From the NCBI GenBank assembly GCA_030390025.1, contig CM059431.1:101806001-101870000 (forward strand): a DNA stretch of 64,000 bases, read 5' to 3'. Both the position numbers and the translations under genes were made by a program. The stretch comes from Squalus acanthias. Its lineage: Eukaryota. Shown here one piece after another: positions 37,001-49,600 of this stretch (within the stretch, counting starts at the first letter, position 1; each line of letters begins with the position of its first letter). Under the pieces are notes generated by a model. The model saw only the letters and a program-made list of their open reading frames with translations, searched no databases and had not been told where the DNA came from.

Positions 37001-40000
37001 TTCGAGCCTGCTCCGCCATTCAGTGAGATCATGGCTGATCTTCTGCCTCAACTCTATTCACCGGCCCTATCGCCATATCCCTTGATGCCCTTACTAGTCA
37101 GAAATCTATCGACTTCTGTTTTGAATATACCCAATGACTGAGCCTCCACAGCCCTCTGGGGTAGAGAATTCCAAAGATCCACCACCCTCTGTGAAGAAAT
37201 TTCTTCTCATCTCAGTCCTGAATGGCCTACCCTTTATCCTGAGGCTGTGGCCCCTGGTTCTAGACTCCCCAGCCAAGGGAAACATTCTCCCAGCATCCAC
37301 CCTATCAAGCCCTGTAATAATTTTGTATGCTTCAATGAGATCCCCTCTCATTCTTCTGAATTCAAAAGAATGCAGGCCTAGTTTACTCAATCTCTTCTCA
37401 TACGACAGTCCCGCCATCCCAGGAATCGATCTCGTGAACCTTCGTTGCACTCCCTCTATGGCAAGTATATCCTTCCTTAGGTAAGGAGACCAAAATTGTA
37501 CACAGTACTCCAGGTGTGGTCTCACCAAGGCCCTATATAATTGGAGTAAGACTTCTTTACTCCTGTACTCAAATCCTCTTGTAATGAAGGCCAGCATACC
37601 ATTTGCCTTCCTAATGGCTTGCTGCACCTGCACATTCACTTTCAGTGACTCATGTACAAGGACATCCAGGTCCCTTTGAGCATCTGCATTCCCTAATCTT
37701 TCACCATTTTCTACCAAAGTGGGTAACTTCACATTTATCCACATTATATTCTATCTGCCATGTTCTCGCCCACTCACTGAGCCTGTCGAGATCCCCTTGA
37801 AGCCTCTTCACATCCTCTTCACAACTGACACTGCCACCTAGCTTTGTATCATCAGCAAATTTGGAAATGTTACATTTAGTCCCCTCATCCAAATCATTGA
37901 TATAGATTGTGAATAGCTGGGGCCCAAGCACCAATCCTGCGGTACCTCACTAGTCACAGCCTGCCATCCTGAAAAAGACCCGTTTATCCCTACTCTTTGT
38001 TTTCTGTCTGTTAACCAATTCTCAATCCATGCTAGTATATTACCCCCAATTCCATGTGCTCTAACTTTGTTCACCAACCTCTTGTGTGGGACCTTATCGA
38101 AGGCCTTCTGAAAATCCAGATACACCATATCTACCGGTTCCCCTTTGTCTACTCCACTAGTTACATCCTCAAAGAACTCCAATAGGTTTGTTAAACAGGA
38201 TTTCCCTTTCATAAATCCATGTTGACTTTGTCCAATCTTACTTTTAGTTTCTAAGTGCCCAGTTATTGCATCCTTTATAATAGATTCCAGCATTTTCCCA
38301 ACTACTGATGTGAGGCTAACAGGTCTGTAGTTCCCCATTTTCTCTCTCCCTCTCTTAAATAGCGGGATTACATTTGCTATCCTCCAATCTGCAGGAACCG
38401 TTCCAGAATCTATAGAATTTTGGAAGATGACAACCAATGCATCCACTATCCCAATGGTCACCTCTTTCAAAACCCTAGGATGTAGGTCATCCGGTCCTTA
38501 GATTACATAGGATATACGGCACAGAAACAGGCCATTCGGCCCAACCAGTCCATGCCGGCGTTTATGCTCCACTCGAGCCTCCTCCCGTCTTTCCTCATCT
38601 AACTCTATCAGCATAACCCTCTAATCCCTTCTCCCTCATATGCTTGTCCAGCCTCCCCTTAAATGCAACTATACTATTCGCTTCAACCACTCCCTGTGAT
38701 AGCGAGTTCCACATTCTCACCACTCTTTGGGTAAAGAAGTTTCTTCTGAATTCCCTATTGGATTTCTTGGTGACTATCTTATATTGATGGCCTCTAGTTA
38801 TGCTCTTCCCCACAAGTGGAAACATTCTCTGTCTATCCACTTTATCAAAATTTTTCATAATTTTAAAGACCTCTATTGGGTCACCCCTCAGCCTTTTTTC
38901 AAGAGAAAAGAGACCCAGCCTGTTCATCCTTTCCGGATATGTATACCCTCGCATATCTGGTATCATCCTTGTAAATCTTCTCTGCACCTTTTCCAGTGCC
39001 TCTATATCCTTTTATAATATGGCGACCAGAACTGTACACAGTACTCCAAGTGTGGTCTAACCAAGGTCGATACAAGTTTAGCATAACTTCCCTACTTTTC
39101 AATTCTATCCCTCTAGAAATAAACCCTAGTGCTTGGTTTTTTTTATGGCCTTGTTAACCTGTGGCGCAACTTTTAGTGATTTGTGTATTTGTACTCCGAG
39201 ATCCCTTTGCTCCTCTACCCCACCTAGACTCGCACCCTCCAAGTAATAAGTGACCTCCCTATTCTTCCTACCAATTTTTCAGCATTGTGTTGCATTACAA
39301 CCGGTGAAGTAACTTTGCAAACATTTGGTACTTGGACTCATTTCTAACTTGCTGGATATTCATGTCAGCTGACTTCCAGCATGTTTGTCTTTCAGCATTG
39401 GATTGCAGTAACACTGAAAATATTGTAAACTTTGCAATCTTTGTTTAACAGTTGATGAATTTACTGCTGTGAACTTTTGTTGCTTATGATACTTAGTTTA
39501 GTTTATTACATTGCCTGCTGTTGTAATACTGCTATTAATTACGTGGTATTGAAATTTACAACACAGTTTGATTTTATATTCAGATTTTATTGCAGTCAAT
39601 CGTAGCTTTATTGCACCGTGAGCTTACTTTGCAGATTTGTTTTTATTTTGGGAGTGCTGTACACTGCACATTACCAGCAAATTGGTGCGACTGCATTATC
39701 CGTGCGTTAATGGTGCAACATTAGCAAATTGATTTGCATGGAGACTTAGAATCATATGGCACAGAAGGAGGCCATTCGGCCCATCGTGCCTGTGCCAGCT
39801 CTTTGAAAGAGCTCTCAGATTAGTCTCACTCCCCCTGCTCTTTCCCCCGTAGCCCTGCAATTTTTTTTGTTTTCAAGTATTTATCCATTTCACTTTTGAA
39901 AGTTACTATTGAATCTGCTTCCACCGCCCTTTCAGGCAGCGCATTCCAGATCACAACAACTCGCTGCGTAAAAACAATTCTCCTCATCTCCCCCTCTGGT

Positions 40001-43000
40001 TCTTTTGCCAATTATCTTAAATCTGTGTCCTCTGGTTACCGACGCTCCTGCCACTGGAAACAGTTTCTCCTTATTTACTCGTATCAAAACCCTTCATAAT
40101 TTTGAACACCTCCATTAAATCTTCCCTTAACCTTCTCTGCTCTAAGGAGAACAATCTTAGCTTCTATAATCGCTCCACGTAACTGAAGTCCCTCATCCCT
40201 GGTCCCATTCCAGTAAATCTCCTCTCCAGGGCCTTGACATCCTTCCGAAAGATAGCCAGAATTGGACATAAAACTCCAGTACTCAAGCAAAATGTTGGAA
40301 ATCTGAAATAAAAACAGCAAATGCTGGGAATACTCAGCAGGTCAGGCAGCATCTGTGGAGAGAGAGAGAGAGAGAGAAACGGAGTTAACGTTTCAGGTCG
40401 ATGATCAGGTTGAAAAAGTTAGAGCCGGGGAGTGGGACTAATAGCAGTTTACTTCTCTAACTTTTTCCAGTTCTGACGAAGGATCATCGACCTGAAACGT
40501 TGACTCTGTTTCTCTCTCTGCAGATGCTGCCTGACCGGCTGAGTGTTTCCAGCATTTTCTCTGTTTAATATAAAACTCCAGCATTTCCTTTAAAATGATG
40601 GTATTTGTGCTGCAGCCAGCTATCCATCTGTATGGTATTTTCTCAGTTCATTACTCATCATTTTGTTGTGATGCAGTTCACTGGGTATTTACAGACACCA
40701 TCTGACTTGCCAAACAGCCATGTCAAATGTGGCTATCTTCGTTCATTACCAATGACCATTTGTCTCATCAGTCGGATTGGATGCACGATTCATTACTGCA
40801 GTTCCGGGCAGGTTGAGAATAGCAATTATTACAGGGCTTGCTTGATAGGGTGGATGCTGGGAGAATGTTTCCCTTGGCTGGGGAGTCTAGAACCAGGGGC
40901 CACAGCCTCAAGATAAAGGGAAGGCCATTCAGGACTGAGATGAGAAGAAATTTCTTCACTCAGAGGGTGGTGAATCTTTGAAATTCTCTACCCCAGAGGG
41001 CTGTGGAGGCTCAGTCATTGGGTATATTCAAAACAGAAGTCGATAGATTTCTGACTAGTAAGGGCATCAAGGGATATGGCGATAGGGCCGGTGAATGGAG
41101 TTGAGGCAGAAGATCAGCCATGACCTCATTGAATGGCGGAGCAGGCTCGAAGGGCCGAATGGCCGACTCCTGCTCCTATTTCTTATGTTCTCATTGTGAA
41201 TGCTCACCATTAGACAATGTTTTGGTGTTTTGAATGTGACTACTTGTGCTGTGCCATTTGAATAGTTTGGTACAATTATTCATCTTAGTTTCAGCTGGTA
41301 AACAGTTCGAAGCGTCGTCAGATTTGAGGGGGCCAAAGTGACCATTCACAGGATTCTCCCAGTTACAGAAAAGGCTGGGATTCCAAGGCTGTCCAGGCCA
41401 TAGAAAGAAGGAAAGGACTTGCGTTTATATAGCGCCTTTCACAACCCCAGGACGTCTCAAAACGCTTTACAGCCAATGAAGTAATTTGTTTTTGAAGTGC
41501 GGTCACTGTTGTAATGTAGGAAACGCTTCTGCCAATTTGCGCACAGCAAGCTCCCACAAACAGCAGTGTGATAGTGACCAGATCATCTGTTTTAGTGATG
41601 TTGCTTGTTGGGATAAATATTGGCCCCAGGACACCGGGGAGAACTCCCTTGTGTCATGGGATCTTTTGCACCCACCCAAGAGGGCAGACGGGGCTAGTTA
41701 TCACTCAGTATCAATTCCAGGTTGATGTGAAGTACATGGTGTTAATGTATTTTTTTAATTATTCGTTCGCGGGGCGTGTGGGCGTCGCTGGCAAGGCCAG
41801 CATTTATTGCCCTCGAGAAGGTGGTGGTGAGCCGCCATTTCAGAGGGCAGTTAAGAGTCAACAACATTGCTGTGGGTCTGGAGTCAGATATAGGCCAGAC
41901 CAGGTAAGGACGGCAGATTTCCTTCCCTAAAGGACATTAGTGAACCAGTTGGGTTTTTACGACAATCCGGTAGTTTCATGGTCACCATTACTGATACTAC
42001 ATTTTTTTTTTAAATTCCAGATTTATTTGATTGAATTTAAATTCCCCAGCTGCCTGGGTCATCTCCGGATCATTAGTCCAGGCCTCTGGATTACCGGTCC
42101 AGTAACATAACCGCTATGCTACTGTACCCAATTGCTGTTATATCTAGTGTGCGTCTTCCACTGTGAACTGCGATCTCTGTGTAACAGGGCAGAGTTTCCT
42201 CTCTGGGCACAATCGGCAATCCGGGCGCAAATTGCACTTAAAATTGCGCTCGTTTCCCGAAGTGAAGTTACGGTTCAAGCTTCTGCTCAAATTTATTCAG
42301 AGAAAAAAAAATATGAGCAGGAGTAGGCCATTCGGCCCTTCAAGCCTGCTCCGCCATTCAATATGATCATGGCTGATCCTCTATCTCAATACCATATTCC
42401 TGCTCTCTCCCCATACCCCTTGATGCCTTTTGTGTCTAGAAATCTATCTATCTCCTTCTTAAATAGATTCAGTGACTTGGCCTCCACAGCCTTCTGTGGT
42501 AGAGAATTCCACAGGTTCACCACCCTCTGAGTGAAGAAATTTCTCTCATCTCAGTCCTAAATGTCCTACCCCGTATCCTGAGACTGTGACCCCTCGTTCT
42601 GGACTCCCCAGCCAGGGGAAACATCCTCCCTGCACTCAGTCTGTCTAGCCCTGTCAGAATTTTATACGTTTCAATGAGATCCCCTCTCATTCTTCTAAAC
42701 TCAAGTGAATACAGGCCTAGTCCACCCAATCTCTCCTCATACGACAGTCCTGCCATCCCAGGAATCAGTCTGGTGAACCTTCGCTGCACTCCCTCTATGG
42801 CAAGTATATCCTTCCTTAGGTAAGGAGACCAAAACTGTACACAGTACTCCAGGTGTGGTCTCACCAAGGCCCTGTACAACTGTAGTAAGACATCCTTGCT
42901 CCTGTACTCAAATCCTCTTGCAATGAAGGCCAACATTCCATTTGCCTTCCTAACTGCTTGCTGCACCTGTATGTTTGCTTTCAGTGACTGGTGTACAATA

Positions 43001-46000
43001 TTTGCATATTGCCAGAATGTAAAATCTCCCGTGAACCAGTGCAATCAAGCAGCGTAACAGAACGTAATCCTTCCTTTTCCTTTCCATTAAGAAGTATTCC
43101 TCGATGTGTTTAAGAACCTGGTGCAGTTTGATTAATTCGGCTGAAAATGGGTTTATCACCAAAAAATAAACACTTTTAATCAGAGTGTCCAGTCCGCCAC
43201 CTGTGAGTAACCCGATTTAAAATCACTGAAAATGACTTTTTTTTAAAAACTATATTGAACCATTTACTAGTTTCATTGGTGGACACTGGTCAGTTCCTTA
43301 GTAAAATTAAAGATTTTTTAATGTTTAAAAACTTTTAAAAGGTGCCTGTGCACTGAAAAACAGCTTAATTTTAAGAGTCTCCTCAAAGGGGCTCAATCGG
43401 CGGAGCGTCGCCACACTCATCATTTCAGCTCGGGGGGTGTGGCCGGTTTTGTGGGCGGGGCTGGCTTCCGGCACGATGTTTTTTTTAAACCAGCGCAAAA
43501 GATGGCGGAACTTGCGCTTAAAATTCCTCGATCTTTTATGCTGGTTTGGCCGATTTCCGAGCGATTTAACCTAACTACACGATCGCAGGAAATTCAGAGG
43601 AGTGGCAGGGCCGGAACGGAACGGAAAGCACGGAACAAAACAACAGGGGCTTGCAGCCAGTCCAGCTCATCGCCTTCGCAAAAAAAACAAAACCTGTACA
43701 ATCTGCTCTTTGTACAAACCATTTCATCTTGTGTGTCAGCCGTGGCTCAGTGGGCAGCACACTCGCCTCTGAGTCAGAAGATTGTGGGTTCAAGTCCCAC
43801 TCCAGAGACTTGAGCACAAAAATCAGGCTGACACTCCAGTGCAGTGCTGAGGGAGCGCCGCACTGTCGGAGGTGCCGTCTTTCAGATGAGACATTAAACC
43901 GAGGCCGCGTCTGCCCTCTCGGGTGGACGTAAAAGATCCCATGGCCACTATTTTGAAGAAGAGCAGGGGAGTTATCCCCGGTGTCCTGGGCCAATATTTA
44001 TCCCTCAATCAACATCACTAAAACAGATTATCTGGTCATTATCACATTGTTGTTTGTGGGAGCTTACTGTGCGCAAATTGGCTGCTGCGTTTCCTACATT
44101 ACAACAGTGACTCCACTTCAAAAAGTACTTCATTGGCTGTAAAGCGCTTTGAGACGTCCGGTGGTCGTGAAAGGCGCTATATAAATGCAAGTCTTTCTTT
44201 CCTTCTTTTGGTTTGCCCCTCCCCCAGAAAAGAGGTAAATGAAGCCAATCCCACTCGACTGGTCTCACCTTGCAACCGATGTTCACCCTGCGTAACAGAC
44301 TGCATTCCTTATCATGACTGTTCTGTGGTTCCAGGGGCCATCATCTCCTGTTGTACTTGGCCTTTTAACCTTCAATCCCATTCCAAACCAGCTACTCATC
44401 AATTGATTTTCAAGTTGTTAATTAATAGTTAATGGCCCAAAAATTAGTGTCTCTACGCGAGAGTACGCACTGTGTACTCTCGCGTATTCTGTCTCCAATT
44501 GCCGGTTTTCTGCATGCACTGCGCATGCGCTGAAAACCGGCACTTGGTGATTTCAAAAGGGGGCGGTTCCTAGGTGAACCGCGTGCGCGCTACAGGCTGC
44601 GCGCATGCAGTGCACTTAGTGCTTTGAACGCGCAGGTAAGCATGGAAGATTTTGCACATAAAGAAAGGAGGCGTAAGACCCTCTTTTAACAAGGTAAGTA
44701 GTTAATTAAGTATTATTTTGAATTTTTTTCAACAGGTATATCTTTTTTAGAGACTTTAAAGAAAGGTAAGTTTATTTTTATAACTTTTTAAAAGATTTTA
44801 AATTTTTTCAAAAATTTAATTTTTTGTTTAAAGTGGTTAATTTATTTAACTATACTTATTTTATTAATGTGATGGTTTTTTTTTTATTTAATTGAGGTTT
44901 AGCTGTTCTTTTTGAGGGGGTATAGATTCATAGCTTTCACAGCACTTGCTGTGAAAACTATGAATGAAAGATGGTGTGCTGCCATTGGCTCTAACTGAAT
45001 CACGTGATCCCACAGCTCGCACGAATTAACTGCGCCTGTGGGATACGGAAGCACTGCACAGCTGCTGTCTAGAAAATCAAGTTCGTGCGAGCTCGGAATG
45101 AAAAGGCAGGCGCGCAGTGAGATATCGCGGGGAAGCCTTACCCCCGCACGAAGGCTCCGTCATTAATTTCTGGGCCAATGACTTTAGTTTATTCCGCCCA
45201 GCTGGTACTCTGTGAGATGGGTGGAGGGAGACAAAACCATTCATAACAATCCCTAATCTCGTTTTGCTTGAATTTGTTAGTTTTGTAGTTAAATGCATAC
45301 TCTTGTGTTCAATTAAGGTTAAATTCTGATCCTTGTTTTCAAATCCCTTCGTGGCCTCGCCCCTCCCTATCTCTGTAATCGCCTACAACTCTCCGAGATC
45401 TCTGCACTCCTCCAATTCTGGCCTCTTGCGAGTCCCCGATTTCCATCGCTCCACCATTGGTGGCCGTGCCTTCTGTTGCCTTGGCCCTAAGTTCTGGAAT
45501 TTCCTCCCTAAACCTCTCCGCCTCTCTATCCCTCTCTCCTCCTTTAAGACCACCCTTAAAACCCACCTCACCTGCCCTAATATCTCCTTATGTGGCTCGG
45601 TATCAAATTTTGTCGAATTACACTCCTGTGAAGCGCCTTGGGACGTTTTACTAAAGGCGCTGTATAAATGCAAGTTATTGTTACAATATGTTTCTATCTG
45701 CAATCTTTTCCCATCAGCATTTTATAGGCCCGAATCACAAAGGGCTGTGGATGCTCAGTCGTGGAGTATATTCAAGACAGAGATCGATAGATTCTTGGAC
45801 TCTAAGGGAATCAAGTGATATGGGGATGGGGCGGGAAAGTAGAGTTGAGGCCGAAGATCAGCCATGATCTTATTGAATGGCGGAGCAGGCTCGAGGCGGC
45901 GAATGGCCGACTCCTGCTCCTAATTCTTATGTTCTAAGTTTTTTTTTCATGAATTCAAGTTCGGTTGTGTGAGTAGCCTTGTTTTTCTTCATAACTTAGC

Positions 46001-46418
46001 TCATCGATTCTCAAACTATTTTCCGCCAAGCCCAACACAACAGTTCTGTTCTCTTGCACCCTCTGACTAAAGATACCAACAACAGCAAATGTCCAGAACA
46101 ACAACAGCTTGCATTTATATAGCGCCTTTAAAGTAGTAAAATGTCCCAAGGCGCTTCACAGGAGCGATTATCAAACAAAATTTGACAGAGTAGCACAGGT
46201 GACCAAAAGCTTGGACAACGAGGTAGGTTTTAACGATCATCTTAAAGTAGGAGAGAGAGGTGGAGCGGTTTAGGGAGGGAATTCCAGAGATTAGGGCCTC
46301 GGCAGCTGAAGGCATGGCCACCAATGGTGGGACGATTGAAAACAGGGATGCTCAAGAGGCCAGAATTGGAGGAGCGCAGAGATCTCGGAGGATTGTACGG
46401 CTGTAGAATTAAAGTTTG

Positions 46419-46449
<31 letters not shown>

Positions 46450-46626
46450 GTCTACATCTCTCTCTCTCTGTCTTTCTCTCTCTCTGTCTCTCTTTCTCTG
46501 TCTCCCACTCTCTCTCGCTCTGTCTCTCTCGCTCTGTCTCTCTCTCCGTCTCTCTCTCTCCGTCTCTCTCTGTCTCTATCTCTCTTTCTATCTCTCTCTC
46601 TCCCCGTCTGTCTCTCTCTCTGTCTG

Positions 46627-46667
<41 letters not shown>

Positions 46668-49600
46668 TAGTGTATATGGATGGCAAGATTTAGGTACAAG
46701 AGGGCCGAGAAATCGGCGGAGAGAGGTGAAAAGGAGCTGAGATGGAGATTGAAATCACCCAGGATGAGGAGTCGCTCAGAGAGGATTTCCGGATGAGAAA
46801 TTTGGGGGAAGGACGGAGAGAACGAGGATTTCAAAGGAGAGGCGTGAGGGGTGGAAGAAAGCGAGATGCTCAAAGGAGGAGATGGTACCAGAGGAGTAGG
46901 GGGACAGACCAGGGTGTGATTTGGTGATGAGGGCCACACCAGCACTGGGGGAAGTTCGGGCAGGGCAGGTGGTGGAAAATATAGCCAGGCCGGGTGGCTT
47001 TCCCTTTCCTATTCTCTCTCCTTTTTCCACACTCCTCATTTTGATTATTTTTACAAAAGCAAAATACTGCCAGTCTTCAGCCAATTCGATTCACTCCACG
47101 TGATATCAAGAAACGGCTGAGCGCACTGGATGCAGCAAAGGCTATGGGCCCCGACAACATCCCGGCTATCGTGCTGAAGACTTGTGCTCCAGAACTAGCC
47201 GCGCCTCTAGCCAAGCTGTTCCAGTACAGCTACAACACTGGCATCTATCCGACAATGTGGAAAACTGCCCAGATATATCCTGTCCACAAAAACCAGGGCA
47301 AATCCAATCCGGCCAATTACCGCCCCATCAGCCTACTCTCAATCATCAGCAAAGTGATGGAAGATGTCATCGACAGTGCTATCAAGCGGCACTTACTCAC
47401 CAATAACCTGCTCACCGATGGTCAGTGTGTGTTCCGCTAAGACCACTCGGCTCCGACCTCATTACAGCCTTGGCCCAAACATGCACAAAGGAGCTGAATT
47501 CCAGAGGTGAGGTGAGAGTGACTGCCCTTGACATCAAGGCAGCATTTGACCGAGTGTGACATCAAAGAGCCCTCGTAAAACTGAAGTCAATGGGAATTGG
47601 GGAAATTTCTCCACTGGCTGGAGTCATACCTAGCACAAAGGAAGATGGCTGTGGTGGTTGGAGGTCAATCATCACAGCCCCAGGGCATCGCTGCAAGAGT
47701 TCCTCAGGGCAGTGTCCTAGGCCCAACCATCTTCAGCTGCTTCATCAATGGCCTTCCCTCCATTATAAGGTCAGAAGTGGAGATGTTCACTGATGACTGC
47801 AGTGTGTTCAGTGCCATTCGCAACTCCTCAGATAATGAAGCAGTCCATGCCTGCTGCAGCAAGACCTGGACGACATTCAGGCTTGGGCTGATACGTGGCA
47901 GGTAACATTCGCGCCATTCAAGTGCCAGGCAATGACTATCTCCAACAAGTGAGAGTCTAAATACCGCCCCTTGACATTCAACGGCATTACATCGCTGACT
48001 CACCCACCATCAACATCCTGGGGGGTCGCCATTGACCAGAAACTTAACTGGACCAGCCACATAAATACTGTGGCAACAAGAGCAGGTCAGAGGCTGGGTA
48101 TTCTGCGGCGAGTGTCTCACCTCCTGACACCCCAAAGCCTTTCCACCATCTACAAGGCACAAGTCAGGAATGTGATGGATACTCTCCACTTGCCTGGATG
48201 AGTGCAGCTCCAACAGCACTCAAAAAGTTTGACACCATCCAGGACAAAGCAGCCCGCTTGATTGGCACCCCATCCACCACCTTAAACATTCACTCCCTCC
48301 ACCACCGGCGTACCGTGGCTGCAGTGTGTACCATCTACAAGATGCACTGCAGCAACTCACCAAGGCTTCTTCGGCAGCACCTCCCAAACCCGCGACCTCT
48401 TCCACCTAGAAGGACAAGGGCAGCAGGAGCATGGGAACACCACCACCTCGAAGTTGCCCTCCAAGTCACACACCATCCTGACTTAGAAGTATATCGCCGA
48501 TCCTTCATCGTCGCTGGGTCAAAATCCTGGAACTCCCTCCCTAACAGCACTGTGAGAGCACCTTCACCACACGGACTGCAGCGGTTCAAGAAGGCGTCTC
48601 ACCACCACCTTCTCAAGGGCAATTAGGGATGGGCAATAAAATGCTGGCCTTGCCAGCGACACCCACATCCAAAGAACGAGTAAAAAGAATTAATATATTC
48701 TATGGGGGCAAAGTTCAGTTGCTTTGTGCCTCCTGTTAGCGCCCCCAAGGGTCCGTCAGCCCGACACTCCTCTTGCGTGCCGGGCTCTTTTGCCGGCACC
48801 CCGCTCTCTGGTGGTCCAGCAGGGCCCTGGCTCGCGCTGCGCTAGGCCCCTCCCCTTTAATAAAGGGCGGGAGGCCTGCAGTACCGCGGCGCGACGTGCT
48901 GGCGCGCATGGCGCCGCTGCACATAGCGCCGCAATATTGAACTAAAGCGCCCCAAGAGGGAGGGGGAGCGCTTCCAGTAGCGCCCCGCCTCCTGCTTGGG
49001 GCGCTACCATTCAATTTCGGGCGAGGGGGCGCTAAAATTAGCGCCCCGGCGAAGTTAGCGCCCCAAAGGGGACGCGACCGAATTTTTCCCCCTATACCTT
49101 TTCTCTCCTCATTTTTCAAAGTTCAAAATACTTTCTCTACCATTAGTAACTTGTGCTCTTGCCTCTGAAGTCAGAAGATGCAAGCTGCATTCCTGGATGT
49201 GAGCGACAGTAATGAGAGAGTGCTGCACTGACTGACCAGGCTGAGCGCCCATTCACTGGTGTCAATGGTTTAGGTGACCCAGCCACAAATTTAACTGGCC
49301 ATTGACCTCATTGCTGTGGTGGGATCGTGCTGTGTACAAGATGGCTGCCTGTACTGTGAAACGCTTTGGGACATGCCCGGGAGATGTGATGAGCTGCTAT
49401 AACCATGCACGTCTTCCCATAAGTCAGTGTTTGATGTGTTTTTAAAGCATTGGCAGCCCAATTGTATCTTGGCAATACAAGAATTCGCGCATTAAGGGTT
49501 AATGTCTTATTTATTCGTGTGCGTATTGCAGTTGGCGCAGTTTTAAAATGATCTGAGTAAAACAACATGGACTAGTTTTGTACAAGCATACATGGTGCAA

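Noticed and set aside
36965..38498. Active reverse transcriptase gene or retron-like system
   Set aside because: 5' truncated CR1 with frameshifts and an internal deletion; the 47-kb LINE is likewise disrupted.
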